A stretch of DNA of 32,000 nucleotides. Source: Nitrosococcus oceani ATCC 19707 (GTDB lineage Bacteria; Pseudomonadota; Gammaproteobacteria; Nitrosococcales; Nitrosococcaceae). The DNA lies in NCBI RefSeq assembly GCF_000012805.1, contig NC_007484.1, positions 60,001 to 92,000 on the forward strand, in the 5' to 3' direction. Positions within the stretch are counted from its first letter, which is position 1, and each line of letters begins with the position of its first letter. The notes below the pieces were generated by a model that saw nothing but the letters and a program-made list of their open reading frames with translations, was not told the origin of the DNA and did no database searches. This document shows, in pieces, positions 25,072 to 32,000 of the stretch. The position numbers were made by a program, and so were the translations under genes.

Positions 25072-25677
25072 CTAGTTTTGCTGGCGGGGCTGGAGTTGGG
25101 AACGGCAGCTCACCCAGGGATTATCCGGGATCGCCAAGCGCCAGGGAGCATCCCGATGTTCAGGATGGGCATAGGCAATCCCCACCCGCGGCCCCGCCAA
25201 TAGCGCTGCCACCGGGGTTCCCCGGCGGACCTCCAGCCCCCCCGGTTCATAAAGGGGATGATGATTCCAGCTTAAATCCAGCCCCAACGCCGCGCCCACT
25301 TTTCCCGGCCCGGTCAGTAAGCCTGGCTTTATTTTACCCCGGCGGCGGCGCTGGATGAGATCAAGGCCGGCTACCGGCTCGCAGGCGCGAATCAATACCG
25401 CCGCGGCCTGTCCTTCTTCCCCTGTCACCAGATTAAGAAGATGATGGATGCCATAGCACAGATAAAGGTAGACTCGCCCCGGCGGCCCCCAGAGGGGTTC
25501 ATTCCGCAAGGTCTGGCCATGGCGGCCATGGTTGGCGGTATCCTCCGGCCAGCGGTAGGCTTCCACCTCCGTGATCCGCAACACCACCTGTTCCCGGCAG
25601 AGCGAGGCCCCCAGCAAATCGGCGGCCACCTCCAGGGCATCCCGGGCATAGAAGCGGGGGGGTAGTAGATCTGTCAT
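25072..25677 (-). CDS. mpg: DNA-3-methyladenine (alkylpurine) glycosylase, Mpg/AAG family
   Basis: LPPRFYARDALEVAADLLG, ITEVEAY, HGRHGQTLRNEPLWGPPGRVYLYLCYGIHHLLNLV and TGPGKVGAALGL match the Mpg family. Start placed at ATG 25677, since the track start at 25728 is TTG. Same strand as the UvrA-like gene and 56 bp upstream of it. Confidence 0.8.
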   Translation of the reverse strand: MTDLLPPRFYARDALEVAADLLGASLCREQVVLRITEVEAYRWPEDTANHGRHGQTLRNEPLWGPPGRVYLYLCYGIHHLLNLVTGEEGQAAAVLIRACEPVAGLDLIQRRRRGKIKPGLLTGPGKVGAALGLDLSWNHHPLYEPGGLEVRRGTPVAALLAGPRVGIAYAHPEHRDAPWRLAIPDNPWVSCRSQLQPRQQN

Positions 25678-25909
25678 AGCCAAGACACAAGTACTAAAGC
25701 CACCAAAATTCCTAAATATTACGGGCAAGTGTTCAAAGGGGAAAGACTGCTTTAACCTGGGGAGGGGATGAAATAACCAATCTCAAATATTCCCGGTGCT
25801 CCCCACGCTGAGGGTAAGTAGCTTTGTTATTTGTTAAATGAAGCCCAGAGGGATTTGTTTATATTATAAAGCAGGCGGCACCATAAAGAAGGATAGATTA
25901 GGACGTAAA

Positions 25910-26765
25910 CTATCCCTCCAAATCGTCCAATGGACTTGTCACCCCATGACCGCCCTGATTTAAAACATGGGTATAAATCATCGTCGTTTCTAAATCACGA
26001 TGTCCAAGCAAGTCTTGAATCGTTCGAATATCAATGCCGCGTTGCAGCAAATGCGTGGCAAAACTGTGCCGAAAGGTATGTGCAGAAACTCGCTTAGTAA
26101 TACCCGCTTGTCGAACCGCAGCCTTGATCGCCTTATTAATCAGCGATTGATCTATATGATGGCGTCGAGTCAAACCCGACAGAGGATCTACCGATAGCGA
26201 ACGGGCCGGAAACACATATTGCCAGCCCCATTCCCGTTCGGCATGAGGATATTTTTTTGCCAGCGCATACGGCAAATACACTGCACCGAAGCCGTCGGCC
26301 AAATCCTGCTCGTGAATCGCCTTGACCTTTTCTAAAATGATTTTGCAGTAACGGTATCATGGCCGCAGAAAGCGGGGTTACCCTGTCTTTATCGCCCTTA
26401 CCAGAGCGCACGGTAGTCTGTTTATAATCGTAATCGAGATCCTGCACCCGCAACCGAACGGCCTCGCTAATCCGTAAGCCGCTGCCGTATAACAGTTTCA
26501 CCACTAACTGCGCCACGCCTTCAACCCGTGGCAATACTTGCCTGATCTCGTCCAACGACAACACTACTGGCACACGCCGACTGGTTTTGGAGCGAATGGC
26601 CTCGATACGCTTGGTCAGCGGCATATCCAGAACCTGCTTGTATAAAAACACCAACGCATTTTTAATCCGCTCGCAATAAGAGCGCTCGGTGTGCAGCGAA
26701 TAATGCTTGAGCCGCATGATGCGGCGAACATCTTCCAGCAAGGTTGGCGATTTGATTCTTGACAT
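25910..26765 (-). pseudogene. intI: Integron integrase (IntI) pseudogene: internal in-frame deletion plus a 1-nt frameshift
   Basis: IntI-specific patch [31 protein letters not shown]. Catalytic boxes [28 protein letters not shown] and [16 protein letters not shown]. The N-terminal HYSLHTERSYCERIKNALVFLYKQVL lacks ~40 aa relative to IntI1 (RTEQAY...QALAALLFFY). NHFRK|[16 protein letters not shown] needs a frame change near 26325-26332. Confidence 0.8.
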
Positions 26766-26928
26766 CAAATAGTTAGTGGCTATAGTGAGGCAAACTATCA
26801 TTATACACGTATTCTTTCCAAGCAAAGAGTTACTGGAGAATCATTTTTATGGCTCCAAGTTAGTCCGAGAAGGTTTTCCTGAATATAAAAACAGACTGCA
26901 TTGTGGCGCCCACCAACTTGAACTTGTA

Positions 26929-27738
26929 ATGTTCTCTGAAGAAGTCCTTTCGCGTTATTTTGACCACCCAGAGTGGTATGAAATTGATGACTCATTATCT
27001 GGAGGGCATATATGGGCGAAATCAGAAGCCCCTGAAAACCGATACTTGTACGTGAGGCATGGAAAGCGAAAGCTAGATAATGGTCAGGCAGCAGTCACAG
27101 CGATTTTTAAAGATTTGTATGCTATGAGCCCTGAAGAACAAAGACATTGGCATGCATATGAATTAAGTGAAGCGAGGTTTGATAGTAATGATCCAAACTT
27201 TGCTCGATTCGTTGCCCGAACATATGACGGCGCTTGGGTTGACTTCCCTAAGCCACTTCAAGAGGTATTAAACCGAATTACTGAAATTAACCAATTATTC
27301 GGTGAAGAGCTACTGTTCAAAAAGTGCCAGAACGATCACTTTAGGCCACCCGTAGAAAATACAAGAAAGTCATACTACGACAGCTGTAGTGAATTCTATA
27401 AGTTGATTGGCCCTGATAGTTTAAATCAAAAACTAATCAAAAATATCCTAAAGAAGGAGTTTTCTATTGCGGATGTTGAGCTGATACATACAGAATCAAA
27501 AAGACCACTAGGTACAATCCAATTGCTTGAATTGCTTGAAGAAAAAATGGGTATTGATGGAGTTATTTCCAGCCAGATTAGGTTGATCGGCAAAGATCGC
27601 ATGGAGGCAGATCACAAGATTACGTCTTCAGTTATAGAAGAGCATAATTTTACAGAAGAGTTTATTTCTCTCTGCCAAAATTTTTCTTGTGCAGCCAATC
27701 AATTCAAACAGAGGCTCCAGCAGCATGCACTCACATAA
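26929..27738 (+). CDS. Hypothetical protein (first integron cassette), no recognisable domain
   Basis: The long ORF 26776..27738 starts at a GTG only 10 nt from the divergent intI start. The first in-frame ATG is 26929 (MFSEEVLSRYF). It is followed directly by an attC-like site. I recognise no motif. Confidence 0.5.
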   Translation: MFSEEVLSRYFDHPEWYEIDDSLSGGHIWAKSEAPENRYLYVRHGKRKLDNGQAAVTAIFKDLYAMSPEEQRHWHAYELSEARFDSNDPNFARFVARTYDGAWVDFPKPLQEVLNRITEINQLFGEELLFKKCQNDHFRPPVENTRKSYYDSCSEFYKLIGPDSLNQKLIKNILKKEFSIADVELIHTESKRPLGTIQLLELLEEKMGIDGVISSQIRLIGKDRMEADHKITSSVIEEHNFTEEFISLCQNFSCAANQFKQRLQQHALT

Positions 27739-27804
27739 CAATAGCATGTTGGCGGACTGGTTTTCCGCTGCGCTCCAACCCAGCCGCAAATGCGGGCGTT
27801 ATGC
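27733..27804 (+). other. attC-like recombination site 1
   Basis: Inverse core CATAAC (27734-27739) and core GTTATGC (27798-27804). Inner pairing GCAT/ATGC. Overlaps the stop codon of the upstream ORF. Confidence 0.6.
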
Positions 27805-27828
27805 GTAAATTAAAGCGGAGGGAAAATT

Positions 27829-28731
27829 ATGAACAAAATCGGATTTCCAACAAAAGAAAAAGAACTCCATAATCATCATATCGATTCTACAATATGGAAT
27901 GATCTCAGGTTTCGAGACGACGATATAATTATCTCGACCTATGCCAAAGCCGGAACAACCTGGATGCAGCAAATCATTGCTCAGCTGCTGTTTAATGGTG
28001 CAGAAGGATTGGATGTCGCGGAGATATCGCCTTGGGTCGACCTCCGAGTCCCGCCCAAGGAAGTCAAACTTCCCTTAATCGAAGCCCAGTCACATCGACG
28101 ATTTCTAAAAACCCATTTACCTGTGGACGCGTTGGTATTTAGCGACAAGGCAAAGTATATCTACATTGGCCGAGACGGTCGCGATGTTGTATGGAGTCTT
28201 TATAATCATCATCTGAATGCTAATACAGCCTGGTATGAGGCGCTAAACGATACGCCTGGCAGGGTCGGACCACCAATCGAGCCCCCACCTTCCTCAATTA
28301 TTCAGTACTTCAACGACTGGCTTGACAATGACGGCTTTCCTTTTTGGTCATTTTGGGAAAATGTTCGTAGCTGGTGGGAAATTCGGAATTTACCTAACGT
28401 TCTCTTGGTGCACTTTGCAAAGTTGAAAGAAGACATGCCGGGAGAAATTCGTCGAATATCCGAGTTCATCGATACACCAATAGACGAATCCAATTGGGAA
28501 AAAATATTGCGACACTGCAGTTTCGATTACATGAAGACCAATGCAACCAAGAGCGTGCCATTGGGCGGAGCTTTTTGGGATGGCGGCGCAGAAACTTTTA
28601 TCCATAAGGGAACAAATGGTCGTTGGCGGGAGTTACTCTCGGCGGAAGATATCGCCCGGTATGATGATCGTGCCGTGTCTGAAATCGGAAGCAATTGCGC
28701 ACACTGGCTCGCAACCGGCGAATTAAGATAG
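27829..28731 (+). CDS. Sulfotransferase-domain protein (PAPS-dependent type)
   Basis: 5'-PSB-like motif YAKAGTTWMQQI and 3'-PB-like motif GRDGRDVVWSLYNH. 300 aa. Confidence 0.7.
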   Translation: MNKIGFPTKEKELHNHHIDSTIWNDLRFRDDDIIISTYAKAGTTWMQQIIAQLLFNGAEGLDVAEISPWVDLRVPPKEVKLPLIEAQSHRRFLKTHLPVDALVFSDKAKYIYIGRDGRDVVWSLYNHHLNANTAWYEALNDTPGRVGPPIEPPPSSIIQYFNDWLDNDGFPFWSFWENVRSWWEIRNLPNVLLVHFAKLKEDMPGEIRRISEFIDTPIDESNWEKILRHCSFDYMKTNATKSVPLGGAFWDGGAETFIHKGTNGRWRELLSAEDIARYDDRAVSEIGSNCAHWLATGELR

Positions 28732-28757
28732 TGAAATAACTTTAGCGGGCACGATAC

Positions 28758-28833
28758 GCATAACAATCGCATGCAGTCCGACAAATTTGCCGCGCTTCGC
28801 TTACAATTTTGCGGCTGATGCGGGGCGTTAGCA
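28758..28833 (+). other. attC-like recombination site 2
   Basis: GCATAACAATCGCATGC ... GATGCGGGGCGTTAGCA. Same subfamily as site 1 (shared CATAACAAT.GCATG and ATGCGGG.CGTTA). Confidence 0.6.
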
Positions 28834-28890
28834 GTTGCACTAAGCCTTCCACATCTTGCAAGCTGAGTAAAAAAGGAATAATTTATACTC

Positions 28891-29154
28891 ATGGATGAGT
28901 TTGAATTCGACGAAGCCAAAAGTCAGGCCAATCTGGATAAGCACGGTATTAATTTCGTGGCCGCCCAAGGTCTGTGGAAAGACCCATGCCTGCTGGAAAT
29001 ACGAGCAAAATCAGAGGGTGAGCCGAGGTTTCTGCTGATAGGCAAGATTGGCGAAAAGCACTGGTCGGCTGTCGTCACATACAGGGAAGCTTGTATTCGT
29101 TTGATTTCAGTCAGGCGCTCTCGCAAGAAGGAGATTGAACTCTATGAAAGCTAA
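28891..29154 (+). CDS. brnT: BrnT-family (DUF497) toxin
   Basis: FEFDEAKSQANLDKHGINF...LLIGKIGEKHWSAVVTYRE..IRLISVRRSRKKE matches the BrnT pattern. Overlaps the downstream antitoxin start. Confidence 0.7.
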   Translation: MDEFEFDEAKSQANLDKHGINFVAAQGLWKDPCLLEIRAKSEGEPRFLLIGKIGEKHWSAVVTYREACIRLISVRRSRKKEIELYES

Positions 29155-29413
29155 AGACTTTGATAAAAAATTCGACGAAGGCCAGGAAGATATTATTGAC
29201 GACCTTGATCTGTCCACAGCCCGTCGCACCAACCTGGAACAAAAGCGAATCAACGTGGACTTTCCTGCCTGGGTCGTAGAGTCGTTGGATCGAGAGGCCG
29301 CGCGTATTGGCGTTACCCGCCAATCAATCATCAAGGTGTGGCTGGTTGAGCGCCTTCAAGCAGAATCTGCTAACAAGCCGCTCAATGGTGACGCCTCAGG
29401 CGGCGCACATTAG
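29144..29413 (+). CDS. brnA: BrnA-type (CopG/RHH) antitoxin
   Basis: MKAKDFDKKFDEGQ...INVDFPAWVVESLDREAARIGVTRQSIIKVWL. ATG at 29144 lies inside the ORF-track entry 29135..29413. Confidence 0.65.
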   Translation: MKAKDFDKKFDEGQEDIIDDLDLSTARRTNLEQKRINVDFPAWVVESLDREAARIGVTRQSIIKVWLVERLQAESANKPLNGDASGGAH

Positions 29414-29426
29414 CGGAGCGTTCGCG
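29368..29426 (+). other. attC-like recombination site 3
   Basis: TGCTAACAAGCCGCT ... AGCGGAGCGTTCGCG. Contains the brnA stop codon. Second attC subfamily. Confidence 0.5.
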
Positions 29427-29477
29427 CCAGAAGATCGGCATATGGCGAAATAGCCATATTTGGGCTATCCTCATTCT

Positions 29478-29768
29478 ATGAACGAATCGCACTTCGAGTG
29501 GGATGAGGCGAAGAACACCGCCAATCAGCGTAAACACGGGGTTTCGTTCTACGAAGCCCAGTACGCCTTTCTCGATCCAAAGCGTGTGATAGCTGAAGAT
29601 CTGAGCCACAGTCAGAATGAGAAACGGTATTACTGCTTTGGCACTAATCGGGAAGGCACCGGTATTATCACGGTTCGGTTCACGTATCGATCTGGCCGCA
29701 TTCGAATAATTGGTGCGGGTTACTGGCGCAAAGGTAAGAAGGTCTATGAGCAAGCGAATTCGGTATAG
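29478..29768 (+). CDS. brnT: BrnT-family (DUF497) toxin, second divergent copy
   Basis: MNESHFEWDEAKNTANQRKHGVSFYEAQYAFLDP...RIRIIGAGYWRKG. ATG 29478 preferred over the TTG at 29460. Confidence 0.75.
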   Translation: MNESHFEWDEAKNTANQRKHGVSFYEAQYAFLDPKRVIAEDLSHSQNEKRYYCFGTNREGTGIITVRFTYRSGRIRIIGAGYWRKGKKVYEQANSV

Positions 29769-29982
29769 CGAAGAACCGATTGGTGAGATTAAGCTAGTGC
29801 CAGATTTTCTTCCGTCTCCCGAAGAGTTGGCACTGAAGAACGAGCAAACGAAGGTCACTATTTCGTTGAGTTCCGAGAGCGTTGCCTTTTTCAAGGAAGA
29901 GGCGAAGAAGCATCGTATGCAATATCAAAAAATGATCAGGCAACTGCTCGATGAGTACGTCGCGCAGCAGAAGAGGCGCTAA
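29746..29982 (+). CDS. brnA: BrnA-type antitoxin, second copy
   Basis: MSKRIRYSEEPIGEIKLVPDFLPSPEEL...VTISLSSESVAFFKEEAKKHRMQYQKMIRQLLDEY. Overlaps the brnT 3' end. Confidence 0.7.
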   Translation: MSKRIRYSEEPIGEIKLVPDFLPSPEELALKNEQTKVTISLSSESVAFFKEEAKKHRMQYQKMIRQLLDEYVAQQKRR

Positions 29983-30034
29983 CAAGTCGCTACAGCGGAC
30001 TGCCTACGGCGGCCTCTGAGCTCAAGCGTTCGCG
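29977..30034 (+). other. attC-like recombination site 4
   Basis: CGCTAACAAGTCGCT ... CAAGCGTTCGCG. Shares GCTAACAAG.CGCT and AGCGTTCGCGCC with site 3. Confidence 0.5.
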
Positions 30035-30147
30035 CCGCTGCGCATCGCGAACAACCGTTCGACTGGCAGAACCTCCTGCATCATCAGATGCCGCACACCT
30101 ATTACCTAGGAGAACCCGCCAGTCAATTCCCCGATAAGGAGATATTA

Positions 30148-30867
30148 ATGACGGAATCAAATAAAAGTAATGCGATCGTGCTTGGCGTTTGTCTAATTAT
30201 AGCCTTATCCTCTCTCGGCTATCTTCTTGGTAATGCCGCTATTAGATTTAAGGAGTACGAGCGAACAGTTACCGTAAAAGGACTATCGGAAAGGGAATAT
30301 AGTGCAGATATCGTAATCTGGCCCATCCAGTTCAGTACCGCAAGTAATGATCTCGAAGAGATGTATAGATCCATAGATGCAAGCACTGAAAAGATAAAAT
30401 CGTTTCTTGAAAGCGCTGGCGTTAATGCTGATGAAATCTCATATTCATTGCCTGCGATCACCGATAAGTCAGCGCAACAGTATGGTAATCAAGCTAAATC
30501 TGAATTCAGATATACCGCCTCCCAAACAGTAACCGTTTATTCCAAAAACATTAATGTGGTGCGAGACGTTATGGGAAATATGTCTGATTTAGGAAAGCGG
30601 GGAATTGTATTTACTGGCGGTGATTATCAATCACAAACTGAATATATTTTTACACGCCTAAATCAGGTGAAGCCTGAAATGATCGAAGAGGCGACAAGGA
30701 AGGCCCGTGAAGTTGCAGAGAAATTTGCCGCCGATTCTAAAAGTACTTTAGGAAAGATTAAATCCGCCTCTCAAGGGCAATTTAGTATTAGTGCCAGGGA
30801 TAAGAACAATCCTCATATTAAAAAAGTGAGGGTGGTTTCAACAGTTGCTTACTATCTTTCAGACTAA
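30148..30867 (+). CDS. SIMPL-domain (DUF541) protein with an N-terminal membrane anchor
   Basis: MTESNKSNAIVLGVCLIIALSSLGYLLG hydrophobic anchor. VTVKGLSERE...IWPIQFS and the C-terminal SASQGQFSI...VRVVSTVAYYL resemble SIMPL family proteins. ATG 30148 is preceded by AAGGAG. Confidence 0.6.
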   Translation: MTESNKSNAIVLGVCLIIALSSLGYLLGNAAIRFKEYERTVTVKGLSEREYSADIVIWPIQFSTASNDLEEMYRSIDASTEKIKSFLESAGVNADEISYSLPAITDKSAQQYGNQAKSEFRYTASQTVTVYSKNINVVRDVMGNMSDLGKRGIVFTGGDYQSQTEYIFTRLNQVKPEMIEEATRKAREVAEKFAADSKSTLGKIKSASQGQFSISARDKNNPHIKKVRVVSTVAYYLSD

Positions 30868-30877
30868 TTAAATTTAA

Positions 30878-30950
30878 GCATAACAAGAGCATGCAGATGG
30901 ACACAGTGCCCGCTGAGCGTGCCCTGCGCCGCTGATGCCGGACGCTGAGG
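30878..30950 (+). other. attC-like site 5 with a degenerate 3' core (end of the cassette array)
   Basis: GCATAACAAGAGCATGC ... GATGCCGGACGCTGAGG. The 5' half matches sites 1 and 2, but the expected GTTRRRY core is replaced by GCTGAGG. Confidence 0.45.
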
Positions 30951-31149
30951 GATCCCCACAAAACTACGCCAAATTCCGTTCACGCACATAATCTGGGAAT
31001 GATTCCCAGGACTGAATCAAGTCAGTACAGTTAATTGGGTAATCAGGTTGCCTGATGAGGGCGGCAGCAAGAAACAAAATGGATAGGACGTTACGATCAC
31101 GTACGGTGTTGGCTTGGAAATGGCGGTGCCATTGGTTGCGCTTGGCATG

Positions 31150-31380
31150 GCAGCCAATCCACCATAGACATCATGTGGCCAGTGCACCCATCAAAAGGAG
31201 GAGATTGAGTCGTTCGATATTCTTCGAACAACTGATGGTAATACCGAATCCGTATTTATCACTCTTTAAATCATGGAAATACTCCTCGATAAAGGCCAAC
31301 CTTGGATCAACACCATTATCAGTTGCGATAAACAATCCAACCGGGCTTGATGCCAGGGCAAAAAGCGCTTAAGTTCTCGG
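31150..31380 (-). pseudogene. Possible decayed DDE transposase remnant
   Basis: Minus-strand translation around 31255-31320 reads DNGVDPRLAFIEEYFHDLKSDK, reminiscent of the W.IEE.F..LKS block of IS4/IS701-like transposases. There is no ORF of 60 aa or more on that strand. Confidence 0.25.
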
Positions 31381-31777
31381 GCAAGTACATGAGCCGTGTT
31401 CATCAGTTCGTGATCCAGGTTCGTTTAGTCTCGGACCTGCTATCATAGCTCTACGGCTCATGTACTACACAAACCATAACTGACTGACCATACTAATAAT
31501 ATCTCGGTTTTGCACCGTACTAAGGAAAAACCTTATGAAGGTAAGCACAAACGCCGGGTTTCAGGATCCGGCGGCGGTATTTGCAAACCCAAACCACATG
31601 CATATTGCAATCGATAAGCGCTGTGCCCGGTAGTAATGACTTCCATAAGCCCACAACATACCGCCGCTAGGCTCATTATCCACGGCTAAACCCGTGGTGT
31701 TCTGCCAGTCAACTCCCCGATTAGGCGTTTGAGTATCCCTTTTGTTTAAATTTTTTAATTTACCTAGGAGATAAAGA

Positions 31778-32000
31778 ATGAAAAAGTTAATAAAGTATTT
31801 TGCTTTCTATCTAGCGACATTTTCATCGGTTTTGTATGCTGATGGAGAAGCATCATCTTATATTGCTAATATTGGCACCCATGCAAACTTAAAAGATCTA
31901 GAAAGAGTGAGGCAGGAATTAGTTGCGCCGCCACATTTGCCTGATCATCAACAAGCCTATTCTGGAAAGCCTCGAATTGTAGAAATAGAAATGGTCATTG
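31778..32000 (+). CDS. nirK: Copper-containing nitrite reductase (NirK-like) / multicopper protein, 5' partial (runs off the window)
   Basis: AGGAG at 31766-31770, ATG 31778, and signal peptide MKKLIKYFAFYLATFSSVLYA. LERVRQELVAPPHLPDHQQAYSGKPRIVEIEMVI parallels the NirK N-terminus (LPR.KV.LV.PPFVH.H.Q...GPKVVEFTM.IEE). It is absent from the ORF track because no stop is reached. Confidence 0.55.
   Translation, partial: MKKLIKYFAFYLATFSSVLYADGEASSYIANIGTHANLKDLERVRQELVAPPHLPDHQQAYSGKPRIVEIEMVI

Noticed and set aside
26776-26928. GTG start at 26776 for the first cassette ORF.
   Set aside because: It would place the start codon 10 nt from the divergent intI start, leaving no room for attI or promoters. 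It is kept only as an alternative, since the region is open in frame.
31055-31372. 105-aa plus-strand ORF downstream of the cassette array.
   Set aside because: It has Arg/Trp-rich odd composition and no start context. The opposite strand shows transposase-like debris.

Overview
Mosaic accessory region, apparently chromosomal and proteobacterial. No intact RNA gene and no CRISPR array were found. Contents from left to right:

(1) nt 1-10307: the 3' part of a type 3 BREX operon, pglXI - brxHII - pglZ - brxA-like. It is tightly coupled, with abutting or overlapping stop and start codons. Three extra genes sit between pglXI and brxHII: a GHKL/SpoIIAB-like ATPase, a STAS-like (DUF4325-type) protein and a PIN-domain nuclease. 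I consider this trio the most interesting candidate for an undescribed sensor-effector module.

(2) nt 10484-11636: a plasmid-type replicon remnant. It has ten ~22-bp iterons and a TrfA-family initiator gene.

(3) nt 11747-15910: an IS graveyard. It holds head-to-head truncated IS5-family and IS982-family fragments. It also holds two ~0.9-kb IS630-family copies, each with a two-frame transposase joined at an A8 run. A 3' tRNA-Met(CAT) fragment, a decayed tyrosine-integrase N-terminus and a resolvase C-terminal fragment are also present. Together these suggest a junction between tandem genomic islands.

(4) nt 15986-25677: a NERD + UvrD-like helicase, a TehA/TDT-family transporter, and a 3-methyladenine glycosylase gene followed by a 1867-aa tandemly fused double UvrA.

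(5) nt 25910-30950: a chromosomal integron. Its intI is inactivated by an internal deletion plus a frameshift. Five cassettes are delimited by attC-like sites: an unknown protein, a sulfotransferase, two different BrnT/BrnA toxin-antitoxin pairs, and a SIMPL-domain protein.

(6) nt 30950-32000: decayed transposase debris, then the 5' end of a NirK-like copper nitrite reductase gene that runs off the window.

All family assignments rest on motifs read by eye from the translations. No database search was run.
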